In this document: positions 55,345-64,000 of the stretch, one piece after another
How positions within the stretch are numbered: the stretch's first letter is position 1
Layout of the letters: each line of letters opens with the position of its first letter
DNA from: Gemmatimonadota bacterium
GTDB taxonomy: Bacteria; Gemmatimonadota; Gemmatimonadetes; Palauibacterales; KS3-K002
Direction of reading: 5' to 3'
Assembly: GCA_039586795.1 (NCBI GenBank)
Contig: JBDHJS010000026.1
Location: forward strand, 25,727 to 89,726
DNA: 64,000 nucleotides
Translations under genes and position numbers: made by a program
Notes under the pieces: generated by a model
Seen by the model: only the letters and a program-made list of their open reading frames with translations
Told to the model about the DNA's origin: nothing
The model's database searches: none

Positions 55345-56688
55345 ATGAGCAAAACGGGCACAGAGGATCTGAACCCATTCCACATCGCGCAGCAGCAATT
55401 CGATAATGCAGCGCGCTATATCTCCGACCTCGACCCCGGCCTCGCCGAGTTCCTCAAAAAGCCGAGGCAGATGACCGAGGTCAAGTTCCCAATCGAGACT
55501 GAGGAAGGTGAGGTCCGCAACTACGTGGGTTACCGCTGTCTGCACAGCCGGGCGCGCGGCCCCGGAAAAGGCGGAATCCGTTACCATCCGGATGTCACCG
55601 CGGATGAGGTTCGCGCTCTAGCGTCCTGGATGACCTGGAAGTGCGGCGTGATGGACGTCCCGTTCGGTGGCGCCAAGGGCGGCGTGATATGTGATCCCAA
55701 GAAGCGCACGAAGGATGACCTGCGAAAGATCACCCGGCGCTTCATCTCAGAACTGGGAGACCGAATCGGACCGTTCACCGATGTCCCCGCGCCCGATGTG
55801 AACACCAACGCTGAGACGATGGCCTGGATTTATGACACCTACGAAATGATGCACCGCGGTAGGAACAACCTGGGCGTCGTCACTGGCAAGCCGGTGGACA
55901 TGGGCGGCTCGCTTGGCAGAAACGAGGCGACGTCACGCGGCTGTCTCTTCTGCACCCAACGGGCTCTCGCCCGAGGGATCGTCGGCGGCCTCAACTCCGT
56001 GATCGGAGCGCGTGTAGCGGTACAGGGCTTTGGCAACGCTGGGGCCATTGCCGCCCAGCTGTATGCGGCGGAAGGCGCGAAGATCATCGCCGTCAGCGAT
56101 TCCCGAGGCGGCATTCACAGCGAAGACGGAATCGACCCCGACATCGCCATCGCCTACAAGGCGGAGACGGGCAGCGTTGTTGGCCTGAAGGGGACGAAAA
56201 AGATCTCGAACGAGGAGTTGCTGGAGCTCGACTGTGACATCCTGATTCCGGCGGCGCTCGAGAACGTGATCCGCGGAGACAACGCGCACAGAATCAAAGC
56301 AAGAGTCATCGCCGAAGCCGCGAATGGGCCGACGACGCCAGAGGCGGACGCCATTCTCTACGAGCGCGGCATACCGGTACTCCCGGATATTCTCGCCAAC
56401 GCCGGCGGCGTTACGGTAAGCTACTACGAGTGGGTACAGAACAACTACTACGAGCAGTGGGACGAGGATACGGTCAACCTGAAGTTGCACGTGAAGATGG
56501 AACGTGCGACGGATGCCGTACTGGACAAACAGCAAGAAGTCAATGGATCATTGAAGGCGCTGAACGAGTCGCGAAAGAAACAGGGACTGTCGGCTGATCT
56601 GGAGCCGGTGGACTTGAGAACCGCTGCCTACGTTCTGGCAATCAGCCGCGTCGCCCGGGTCACCCTGGCGCGCGGGATCTGGCCGTAA
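55345..56688 (+). CDS. gdhA: Glu/Leu/Phe/Val dehydrogenase (glutamate dehydrogenase)
   Basis: KGGIRYHP, MTWK, GGAKGG, VPAPD, TGKP, QGFGNAG, EAANGP and NAGGVTVSY motifs. Confidence 0.92.
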   Translation: MSKTGTEDLNPFHIAQQQFDNAARYISDLDPGLAEFLKKPRQMTEVKFPIETEEGEVRNYVGYRCLHSRARGPGKGGIRYHPDVTADEVRALASWMTWKCGVMDVPFGGAKGGVICDPKKRTKDDLRKITRRFISELGDRIGPFTDVPAPDVNTNAETMAWIYDTYEMMHRGRNNLGVVTGKPVDMGGSLGRNEATSRGCLFCTQRALARGIVGGLNSVIGARVAVQGFGNAGAIAAQLYAAEGAKIIAVSDSRGGIHSEDGIDPDIAIAYKAETGSVVGLKGTKKISNEELLELDCDILIPAALENVIRGDNAHRIKARVIAEAANGPTTPEADAILYERGIPVLPDILANAGGVTVSYYEWVQNNYYEQWDEDTVNLKLHVKMERATDAVLDKQQEVNGSLKALNESRKKQGLSADLEPVDLRTAAYVLAISRVARVTLARGIWP

Positions 56689-59065
56689 CGCTGAAACTCG
56701 AGTTGCCGGCGCGTGCGACAACGATCGCCGCGCCGGCATAAGCCAGAGCTGCCACCAGCAACAAGGCCCGCGAGCCCACTTGTAGAGCAACTAGCGCCGA
56801 CAACGGCGCCGCCACCACCGAAGCAAAACCGTTGCTGGCCCACGCCCAGGCCACTCTCTCTCCATCGCCCCGCGCCAGGTGCCGCAAGCCCAGCGGAAAG
56901 GGCATCCCCATTAGGAATGCCGTTGGCACCAAGACGACGACGGCCGCGGCGACCCTTACAGCCAGCGCTGCGGGCTGCAGCCACCGAGCGATCCAGAGCA
57001 ACACCGCCGCATAGACGACCAGAAGTATGGCGAGTGCCAGGTTCGCAAGTCGGCTTCCCTGAGCGGGGCGCGCATCGGACCAGGCGCTACCGAACCCCGA
57101 GAAGACGAGCAACGCCGCAAGCACCGCAGCTACCGCGTAGATCGGATGGCCCAGCAACAACGTGAGTTGCTGTATGGCGGCGATCTCGGCGCTCATGAAC
57201 GCAAGCCCGATAGCCGAGAAGTACCCGACTACTCGGACCAGATCTCGCGATCCCACACGTTGACGCAGAGCCACCGGTACAAGAAGCAATACCGCAGCAA
57301 GCACCGCACTTTGAAAGAGCGTGGCGAGCAGAGCCACATATCCCCACTCGGCGAAAGGTAGTGCGCTGCCGCGGTCACTCAGGAACGTTCTAACGGAGCC
57401 GAACCGCAAGAAGTGATGAGGGTAGGGTCGTGAGTCTCCCACCGGTTCCACGTCGAAGGGATAGCTGTCGACGAAAGCACGCCGCGCATCCTCTCCGTCG
57501 ACGGCTGCACTTGCCGCCCGATACAGGATCGGGTCATCCACGAGATTGAAGCCGTCCACAGGTCCTTCGATCCCCGGGTACCAGGCGAGGTCAAATCGCC
57601 TCTCACCCGCCCACTCCATCAGGGCACGAACTTCATCCACGGAAAAGCCCGCCGGCTTCACGAGCACCGTCGCGGTCGCCCAGCTCCGTACGACAACCAG
57701 CTTGTCGATAAGATCGTTCGGCGCGACACGCTTTAAGGCTTCGACCGCGGTGAGGATCACGCGCACGTTCTCTCGCGGTGGGATCGTCAACCAACGCGTG
57801 ATCGAGAGCACACCGCCGTCGCTGACCAGACTCAAGTAGTCGACGTACGCCTCGGTAGTGTGTAAGAAGTCCTCGTTCAGGGCATGCACACCTGCCACCG
57901 CAGCGCCGAACGCACGGCCAGGCCCGATCGTCACGAGATCGAAGGGGCGCGTCGCGGCAGACACGTAACGCCGAGCGTCCCCGGCGACCCACGTGACATC
58001 CGCTGATGGCCATTCAGCTTCCACACTCGATCGAGCCAACGCCACGAGCTCGGGATGCAGTTCTACCGCCCAAACCGCTCGGGCTTCGTGTACCAGCGCG
58101 CTTCGCACGTCGCTGCCTCCACCCGCGCCGAGCACGAGGACGTCCTTCATGTCACCCAACGCGTACGGCGTCGCCGACGGAAGCCAATCCAGGATGTCGT
58201 CTTCCCGGGTACCGGCGGGAGTGTTCACCGCGCCGGCGATGTCGCCATCGACGAAGACGGCGATCTGTCTTGGAAACTCTCCCCGGTAAGACAGCGACAG
58301 CCCGGGCGCATGACGGAAGGCCGGTGCCTCTACCGCGACGACCCAGCCGATGGGGCTCGTCTTCTCGACCACCCGCCGTGAGACAGGAAACGCCTCCACC
58401 TGGGGCAGGCCTTTGTAAGGCGTGACGTTGATACGCCAGGGTTGCCGGGCAATCGCGAGCGCGCTCAGCACGATGACGATAGCCACACTAGCCTTCAACG
58501 CTCTGCCACGTCCGATCCGGGCTACGCTCAAAGCGCCCAACGATGCAACCGCCGGCGGCAGCGCGAGTGCACGCGCCGGGAGCGCGATCCATAGCACGGC
58601 GATCGCCAGTGCCGCGCCCACACCAGCGCCGGCAAAGCTGGCACCGTACAGCCGGCCCGCTCGCTGCGGTTCGACCAGCAGGGATAGAAGGACGGGAAGC
58701 GCCCCGACTGCAAACGGCAAAGCCAGCAACAGGTAGACGATGGCAAGGCGTAGCCACTGCCGTCCGTCCCATGCCAGCTGAGTCGCATCCAGCGGGATGA
58801 GATGTACAAAAGCGGCGCTGGCCAACAGAGCGGCCGGCGTCATCGCGGCCGACCAGACAAACCAGCTATCCGCCGTTACGCGGTTAGGGCGTGCAACGGC
58901 CAACAGCGTTCCCGCAACACCAAAACCGAGCATGGCGACGCCGATAGCCATGTAGGCGAAATGATGAAAGTACTCGATTCCGAAAACACGGACGAGGAGG
59001 ATCTCGTAGGCAAGCGTGCTCGCCGAGATCAGCCCGACGGTCAGAGGTCGCGCGTATCGATTCAC
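56660..59065 (-). CDS. Polytopic membrane protein with a central spermidine-synthase-like SAM-binding domain
   Basis: N- and C-terminal TM bundles; VLVLGAGGG, AVELHP, GDARRY, LHTTEAY, MGMPFP and WAWASNG motifs. Confidence 0.8.
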   Translation of the reverse strand: MNRYARPLTVGLISASTLAYEILLVRVFGIEYFHHFAYMAIGVAMLGFGVAGTLLAVARPNRVTADSWFVWSAAMTPAALLASAAFVHLIPLDATQLAWDGRQWLRLAIVYLLLALPFAVGALPVLLSLLVEPQRAGRLYGASFAGAGVGAALAIAVLWIALPARALALPPAVASLGALSVARIGRGRALKASVAIVIVLSALAIARQPWRINVTPYKGLPQVEAFPVSRRVVEKTSPIGWVVAVEAPAFRHAPGLSLSYRGEFPRQIAVFVDGDIAGAVNTPAGTREDDILDWLPSATPYALGDMKDVLVLGAGGGSDVRSALVHEARAVWAVELHPELVALARSSVEAEWPSADVTWVAGDARRYVSAATRPFDLVTIGPGRAFGAAVAGVHALNEDFLHTTEAYVDYLSLVSDGGVLSITRWLTIPPRENVRVILTAVEALKRVAPNDLIDKLVVVRSWATATVLVKPAGFSVDEVRALMEWAGERRFDLAWYPGIEGPVDGFNLVDDPILYRAASAAVDGEDARRAFVDSYPFDVEPVGDSRPYPHHFLRFGSVRTFLSDRGSALPFAEWGYVALLATLFQSAVLAAVLLLVPVALRQRVGSRDLVRVVGYFSAIGLAFMSAEIAAIQQLTLLLGHPIYAVAAVLAALLVFSGFGSAWSDARPAQGSRLANLALAILLVVYAAVLLWIARWLQPAALAVRVAAAVVVLVPTAFLMGMPFPLGLRHLARGDGERVAWAWASNGFASVVAAPLSALVALQVGSRALLLVAALAYAGAAIVVARAGNSSFSVTARSRAPG

Positions 59066-59070
59066 TTCAT

Positions 59071-59793
59071 TCAGCGGAGGCCTTCCAGCATGGGAACGAA
59101 ACGGACGGGAAGCAGGTTTCGCGTCCTCACTTCGCCCTGATCATCCTTCTCGACCAGTATCAAGTTCTGAACGCCGTAGACGCTTCCCACCGGGATTACC
59201 ATTCGACCGCCTGCCTTCAACTGGTCGACGAGTGCCGGCGGAATATGGCCGGCGGCGGCCGTGACGATCACGGCGTCGAACGGAGCTACCTCGAGCCAGC
59301 CATAATGACCATCGGAGTGCCTGCTGGTCACATTGTCATAACCAAGGCGCTCGAGCCTGGCAGCAGCCCTCTCCGCCAAAGCGCCAAAGATCTCGACCGT
59401 ATAAACCTCACACCCGATGGCTGCCAACACCGCTGCCTGGTAGCCAGACCCGGTGCCTACCTCCAGCACTTTCATTTCGGGTTTCGGGCTCAAGATCTCC
59501 GTCATGAACGCAACGATATAGGGTTGCGAAATGGTCTGGCCGTACCCGATCGGCAGCGGATGGTCGGCGTAGGCCTGGTTGCGGTACCCGTCCGGCACGA
59601 ACTCATGACGTTTCACTTCGCGCATCGCTGCCAGAGTCACGGCGTCTCGCACACCATAGTTCTCGATCAGCCTGACCATGGCCTCGCGCTGCGATTTGAA
59701 CTTGGGGTCTTCGTCTTGTTCTTGGGCTGCTACGCTGCAGGAACAGACAGCCAGGGAAAGGAGGATGGATTCGACCGTCGCGCGGAATCGCAT
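59071..59793 (-). CDS. pcm: Protein-L-isoaspartate O-methyltransferase with an N-terminal signal peptide
   Basis: RHEFVP, AYADHPLPIGYGQTISQP, VLEVGTGSGYQAA, APFDAVIVTAA and VRFVP motifs. Confidence 0.92.
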   Translation of the reverse strand: MRFRATVESILLSLAVCSCSVAAQEQDEDPKFKSQREAMVRLIENYGVRDAVTLAAMREVKRHEFVPDGYRNQAYADHPLPIGYGQTISQPYIVAFMTEILSPKPEMKVLEVGTGSGYQAAVLAAIGCEVYTVEIFGALAERAAARLERLGYDNVTSRHSDGHYGWLEVAPFDAVIVTAAAGHIPPALVDQLKAGGRMVIPVGSVYGVQNLILVEKDDQGEVRTRNLLPVRFVPMLEGLR

Positions 59794-59861
59794 GTCAGTT
59801 CCTGATCGGAGTGTTCTACAACAACTTCCCACGCGACGCCGCGGCGAGTCAAGCCCACCGC

Positions 59862-61214
59862 TCAGATCGCCGCTTGCGGCACCGGTTCAGCGAGCCGCTT
59901 CGTCAGGTCCGTTTCCATTTGACGACGCGGAGAGGATCGCTCGAGGTCCGCGTAGAACTCACAACGATCAACGAGCTCGCCAGCTATTACCGAGGCGATG
60001 ATGATGACGTGAAACTGCTCGAAGTCGACCAACCAGAGGATGGGTGGCAACACGAGCCCGAGACCGGCTCGTGCAGCGCTAACAACCGGTCGGACCGGGC
60101 GCCGACCCATGAAGTCGATCTTTCGTACGACATAGAAACTGAGTTTCGCGAACCCCGCTATCGCGGCCAGCCACACAACACCGCTGAACACGCCGGTCAA
60201 CAACAACCCGGTCAAGAGCACGGAGGCGCTATTCCCAAGCGGATGCCCGGTCCTCAGCACGCTATATACGTAGTCCGCACACAGAAGCGCGAAGAAGCCG
60301 ACTAGCGCGGTGACGCGGCCGAGCCAAACATCGCCCGGCGCCATCCATAGGTACCCGACAGCCAGCGCAAAGAACGTGGACAGAGACACGACCTCACGAC
60401 TCAGCCACGAGCGACGCAAGTTCAGGATCGCTCTGTAGGCTCGCGTCTTCCTGCCCAGATGCAGCGTCGCAAGGCCCATAGTCAAGCCGGCCCCCGCGAC
60501 GTAGGCGACGGGATCGAACGCGATAGATGCTATGACGTGACCCGCAAACAAGGCCACCAGGCTCGCGGCTGAAAGCGTGAACGCCGCCAGGGACCACTCG
60601 GCCTTCAGTGTGATATCGGACGCCGACGCGGCGCCCGGCGGCGCGACCGGCTCCTGAACCTGCGGTGCGGTCATCACCGGAAGGCTGCGCGTCTTTTTCA
60701 GCGGAGCGATCTCTATGCGAGGCTGAATGTCGGTAGCGGTGAAGCCCTCGAGCTCACTTGTCAGGCTCTCCGCTGGCAAGTCCGCTGCATCTAAAGCTCC
60801 TGTCGGACAGAGCGATGCACAGGCCGGCTTCAAACCGTCAGCAAGTCGATGATTACAGAATGTGCATTTGCTCATCACTCCACGCGTGTCGTCGTAGACC
60901 GGCGCATCATACGGGCAGGCCCACGAGCAATACTTGCAGCCGATGCACTTGCTCTCATCGAGGATAACCGCACCTGTTGCCAGATCCCGCGAGTAGGCAA
61001 GCGCCGGACAAGCGTGCATGCACACCGGTTCTGTGCAGTGGTTGCAGGCAAGCGAAAGGTGGAAGACCGGCGCGCCAGGGTGCCGCCTCGGATTGAACGT
61101 CTCGATCTTTCGCCAACTGGCCTCGGGTCCCAGCCCGTTTTCGATACTACACGCGAGCCGGCACGCCCCGCAGCCGGTACAGCGGTTCGGATCGAATACG
61201 AAGCTAGTCGGCAT
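59862..61214 (-). CDS. Fused 4Fe-4S ferredoxin (DmsB-like) and DmsC-like membrane anchor
   Basis: Four Cys clusters (CTGCGAC..C, CNHC..C..C, CIGCKYC..C, KCTFC..C..C), then EWSL, LHLGR, SWLSRE and GELVDR.EFY. Confidence 0.88.
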   Translation of the reverse strand: MPTSFVFDPNRCTGCGACRLACSIENGLGPEASWRKIETFNPRRHPGAPVFHLSLACNHCTEPVCMHACPALAYSRDLATGAVILDESKCIGCKYCSWACPYDAPVYDDTRGVMSKCTFCNHRLADGLKPACASLCPTGALDAADLPAESLTSELEGFTATDIQPRIEIAPLKKTRSLPVMTAPQVQEPVAPPGAASASDITLKAEWSLAAFTLSAASLVALFAGHVIASIAFDPVAYVAGAGLTMGLATLHLGRKTRAYRAILNLRRSWLSREVVSLSTFFALAVGYLWMAPGDVWLGRVTALVGFFALLCADYVYSVLRTGHPLGNSASVLLTGLLLTGVFSGVVWLAAIAGFAKLSFYVVRKIDFMGRRPVRPVVSAARAGLGLVLPPILWLVDFEQFHVIIIASVIAGELVDRCEFYADLERSSPRRQMETDLTKRLAEPVPQAAI

Positions 61215-63264
61215 CCCGCGCCGCCTTCACCTCGACCCGATTCTCGTGGAACGCCGCGCCGAAGCCCATATCGGTCTCGCGAGCGGGGGAGAGGAAGTTG
61301 ACGGTTCCGCCTTCGCTGATCCACCAGCCGTTCGTCACGCAGACGCAGCCTGGCTTGAGCCCGTTGTCGAGGCAGACCTCGATCTCGATGCTTCCCCGGT
61401 CGTTGAACACGCGGACACGATCGCCGTCAGCGATCCCGCGGCTTCGAGCGTCATCCGGGTGCATGAAGGCAATCGGCTTCTCCCCGAACTGGCTGATCAT
61501 CCGGAGGTTGTTGAATTGGGAGTGTATCCGGTTCTTGGTGTTCGGCGTCAGCATGTGGAGTGGATACGTGCTCGGATCCGGTGCCTCCGGGTTGCGAATC
61601 GACTCCGCCGGCTCCGTGAATCCCGGCAACGGATCCAGACCCCACCTTTCGTGGGCTTCCCGGGACTCCAACTCGATCTTTCCCGACGGCGTAGGGAAAC
61701 GACGGTCAGAGAAGGCCACCTCTTCGCTACCCGGCGTCAGGACGGGACCTTGCTTCAACCGCTCGAGGGTGAGTTCGGGGAACGGCTGCAGTTCACGCTC
61801 CAGGAAGGCGTCCACCTCGTCATCGCTCACCGGAAAGACCGTAGGATCGCTTGCCTCGGGGAGCTCGAGCCGTTCCGCCAGTAGCCGGTAGATCTCGGAC
61901 TCCGGCTTAGCAGCGCCGGGAGGGTCGATAACTTTCTGCTTGAGCTGGATGTAGTGATGCCAGTAGGCTCCGATTACGTCCGATTGCTCGAACATCGTCT
62001 TGGCCGGTAGAACGATGTCCGCCTCCCGAGCCGTATCGGTCATGAACTGCTCCACCACGACCCGGAAGTCGAGCGCCCGAAACGCCTCCAGCACCGTATG
62101 CGTCTCGGGGTTTTGCGTCACCGGGTTCCCCCGCTCCACCCACGCCATCCGCAAAGACGGGTCGCGCTGCGCCAGCATGTCCGGTCCCAGCCGCGCCGTC
62201 GAAACCGAAACGCGCACTACGCCGTCCGGCTGCTCCGGCGGATAGAACGCAAAGGGATCCTTGACCTTGTCGAAGATGTGGCTCTGCAGGTTCGCGTAGA
62301 CCCAGCCGGCTCCCGGCGCACCGATGTTGCCTGTGATCGCGAGGAGCGCCAGCATCGCCCGCATCGTCTGCCCGCTGTTGGCGAAACGCTGCATCCCATA
62401 GCCCGGGCTGATCGTCACCGGCTTGATCGAGGCGAAGAGCCCGGCCAGCTCATGGATGAAGGGGGCCGGCACATCCGTCACGTCCGCTGCCCACTCCGGC
62501 GTGTAACGTTCCACCATCGCCGCATACTTCTCATAACCGAGCACGTGTCGTTCGATGAACTCGTGATCGACCTGGTCGTTCTTCACCAGCAAGTGCGCCA
62601 CCGCCAGGGCGAGGGCACCGTCAGTGCCGGGCCGCGGCTGAATGAGCAGCGATGCACGCTCCGCCGTCTCGGTCCGTCGGGGGTCGATGACGACAAGCTT
62701 GGCCCCAGCATCCAATGCCTGATCGATGAACACCATCTGATGGATGTTCGTCTCGGCCGCGTTCTTCCCCCAAAGCACGATGAGCCGCGCTTCGGCGACA
62801 TCCCATGGAACGCTGTGTTTGTTTTCGCCCAACGTCAGGCGCGTCGCCTCGAGACCGGCCGGCCAACACAGATCACCGTACGTCGCCGTGATGCCACCGT
62901 AGCACCGCCAGAAGTTGCGGCCCACGATATTCATGATCCCCTTTGTGCCGCTGCCGCTGTAGTAGAACACGCTCTGCGGCCCCGGGTCCGCTTTGAGCTC
63001 GTTCAGCTTCTCCTCGATGGTCCCCAACGCCTCGTCCCACGAGATCCGCTCGAACTCTCCCGCCGCTCGACGCAGCGGGTGCAGGATCCTGTCCGGCGAA
63101 TGCACGCGCTCGACGTAGCTCAGACCCTTCAGGCAAGCGCCACCCGGGGTGGCTCGATTGTCCGTGTGCGGCTCGATCCGACGGATGCGACCGCCCTCCA
63201 CCTGGACACGGAGGGTGCAGGTGGAGTAGCAGTTGCGAGGGCAGGCGGTGGTGTAGGTCGTCAT
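61204..63264 (-). CDS. Molybdopterin-dependent oxidoreductase catalytic subunit (DMSO reductase superfamily), no Tat signal
   Basis: CPRNCYSTC..CLKG, RILHPL, ISWDEA, LCWPAG, IDPRRT, PGTDGA, ADIVLPA and IHSQF motifs. Confidence 0.9.
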   Translation of the reverse strand: MTTYTTACPRNCYSTCTLRVQVEGGRIRRIEPHTDNRATPGGACLKGLSYVERVHSPDRILHPLRRAAGEFERISWDEALGTIEEKLNELKADPGPQSVFYYSGSGTKGIMNIVGRNFWRCYGGITATYGDLCWPAGLEATRLTLGENKHSVPWDVAEARLIVLWGKNAAETNIHQMVFIDQALDAGAKLVVIDPRRTETAERASLLIQPRPGTDGALALAVAHLLVKNDQVDHEFIERHVLGYEKYAAMVERYTPEWAADVTDVPAPFIHELAGLFASIKPVTISPGYGMQRFANSGQTMRAMLALLAITGNIGAPGAGWVYANLQSHIFDKVKDPFAFYPPEQPDGVVRVSVSTARLGPDMLAQRDPSLRMAWVERGNPVTQNPETHTVLEAFRALDFRVVVEQFMTDTAREADIVLPAKTMFEQSDVIGAYWHHYIQLKQKVIDPPGAAKPESEIYRLLAERLELPEASDPTVFPVSDDEVDAFLERELQPFPELTLERLKQGPVLTPGSEEVAFSDRRFPTPSGKIELESREAHERWGLDPLPGFTEPAESIRNPEAPDPSTYPLHMLTPNTKNRIHSQFNNLRMISQFGEKPIAFMHPDDARSRGIADGDRVRVFNDRGSIEIEVCLDNGLKPGCVCVTNGWWISEGGTVNFLSPARETDMGFGAAFHENRVEVKAARDAD

Positions 63265-63286
63265 TCGTCAACCAGCGGTGTACGGC

Positions 63287-63365
63287 CGTAGGGGGTGGAG
63301 GGTTGTGAGTTGCGGGTAGCGTTCACCCTGAAATACCCCCTACCCTCTACCCTCCACCCCCTACG
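63287..63365. repeat. Heptamer-based palindrome at the end of acnA
   Basis: Perfect 17-bp inverted repeat CGTAGGGGGTGGAGGGT / ACCCTCCACCCCCTACG; one arm is tandem TACCCYC-like 7-mers. Confidence 0.7.
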
Positions 63366-64000
63366 CGTTGTTTTTCCACCCAGCAAGTTGCCTCAACACG
63401 AAATGAAGTATCCCACCATTCCGGTAGTACTCAAACTCCTGCGGCGTATCGATCCGCACGGTGGCATCGAATCTGACCTGAGTGCCATCCGGTTTCGTCG
63501 CCGTCACCTTCACTTCCCGCTTACCTTCCGGACTCTCGATCTCGAAACTCTCTTCACCATCGAGCCCCAGCGACCCAGCGGTACTGCCTGGTGGGAACTG
63601 CAACGGGAGGACGCCCATACCGATGAGATTGCTCCGGTGGATGCGCTCGAAGCTTTCGGCGATCACGGCGCGGATGCCCAGCAATCGTGTGCCTTTGGCG
63701 GCCCAGTCTCGAGAAGAGCCCGAGCCGTACTCCGTCCCGGCAAGCCCTACCAGCGGGACGCCTTCAGCCTGGTACTTCATCGCCGCGTCATAGATCGACA
63801 TCTCCTCGCCGTCGGGCAGATGTCGAGTGAAGCCACCTTCGACGCCGGGTACCAGCTTGTTGCGCAGCCGCACGTTGGCGAACGTGCCCCGCATCATCAC
63901 CTCGTGATTCCCGCGGCGCGAGCCGTACGAGTTGAAGTCGGGCGGTTGGACGCCACGCTCGATTAAGTAGCGGCCCGCGGGGCTGTCCTTCTTGATCGCG
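63361..64000 (-). CDS. acnA: Aconitate hydratase A, C-terminal part (5' end outside the window)
   Basis: [45 protein letters not shown] and YYRNGGIL motifs. Confidence 0.95.
   Translation of the reverse strand, partial: AIKKDSPAGRYLIERGVQPPDFNSYGSRRGNHEVMMRGTFANVRLRNKLVPGVEGGFTRHLPDGEEMSIYDAAMKYQAEGVPLVGLAGTEYGSGSSRDWAAKGTRLLGIRAVIAESFERIHRSNLIGMGVLPLQFPPGSTAGSLGLDGEESFEIESPEGKREVKVTATKPDGTQVRFDATVRIDTPQEFEYYRNGGILHFVLRQLAGWKNNA

Noticed and set aside
39383..63264. Selenocysteine read-through in IscA, TrxB or the molybdoenzyme
   Set aside because: The relevant positions are ordinary Cys codons, and the ORFs are full length without internal TGA
1..64000. CRISPR arrays, tRNA/rRNA genes, prophage, defence systems
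   Set aside because: No regularly spaced repeats, cloverleaf or T-arm signatures in intergenic DNA, or integrase/phage/defence ORFs were seen by eye

Overview
A 64 kb, GC-rich, gene-dense stretch of bacterial chromosome with about 60 CDS, mostly on the minus strand. Gene content suggests a diderm heterotroph, plausibly Gemmatimonadota (inference only). I saw no rRNA, tRNA, CRISPR array, transposase or phage genes. Main blocks: (1) HAD hydrolase, archaeal-type apgM, M20 peptidase, MOSC protein and a strongly divergent ECF sigma/anti-sigma pair. (2) Class II ribonucleotide reductase nrdJ with tandem NrdR boxes. (3) A peptidoglycan-recycling locus: DUF4136 lipoprotein, MurQ fused to a DinB/YfiT domain, anmK, nagZ, a sodium:solute symporter broken by an apparent microhomology deletion, an amidase, and an HExxH-propeller-Omp85 protein. 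(4) Housekeeping genes: ggt, nth, ABC transporters, ccdA, pdaD-speB, fur/perR, DHH/PHP phosphoesterases, coaE, iscA, trxB, a DtxR-family regulator, an orphan E1-alpha, and a SigR/RsrA-like pair. (5) A degenerate GGDEF gene behind a sigma54-type promoter. (6) An apbE-porin-FMN-binding protein-His-rich membrane protein operon behind a Fur-like box. (7) gdhA, a signal-peptide-bearing PIMT next to a membrane SAM-binding protein, a Tat-less molybdopterin oxidoreductase with a fused DmsB-DmsC partner, and the 3' end of acnA. Features the ORF track misses include a 56-aa Cys-rich microprotein, a probable CUG start for apbE, a dispersed 19-bp intergenic repeat, a leader with three AUGG-loop hairpins, and several ECF-type promoters. 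All family assignments come from motif recognition by eye; no database searches were run.
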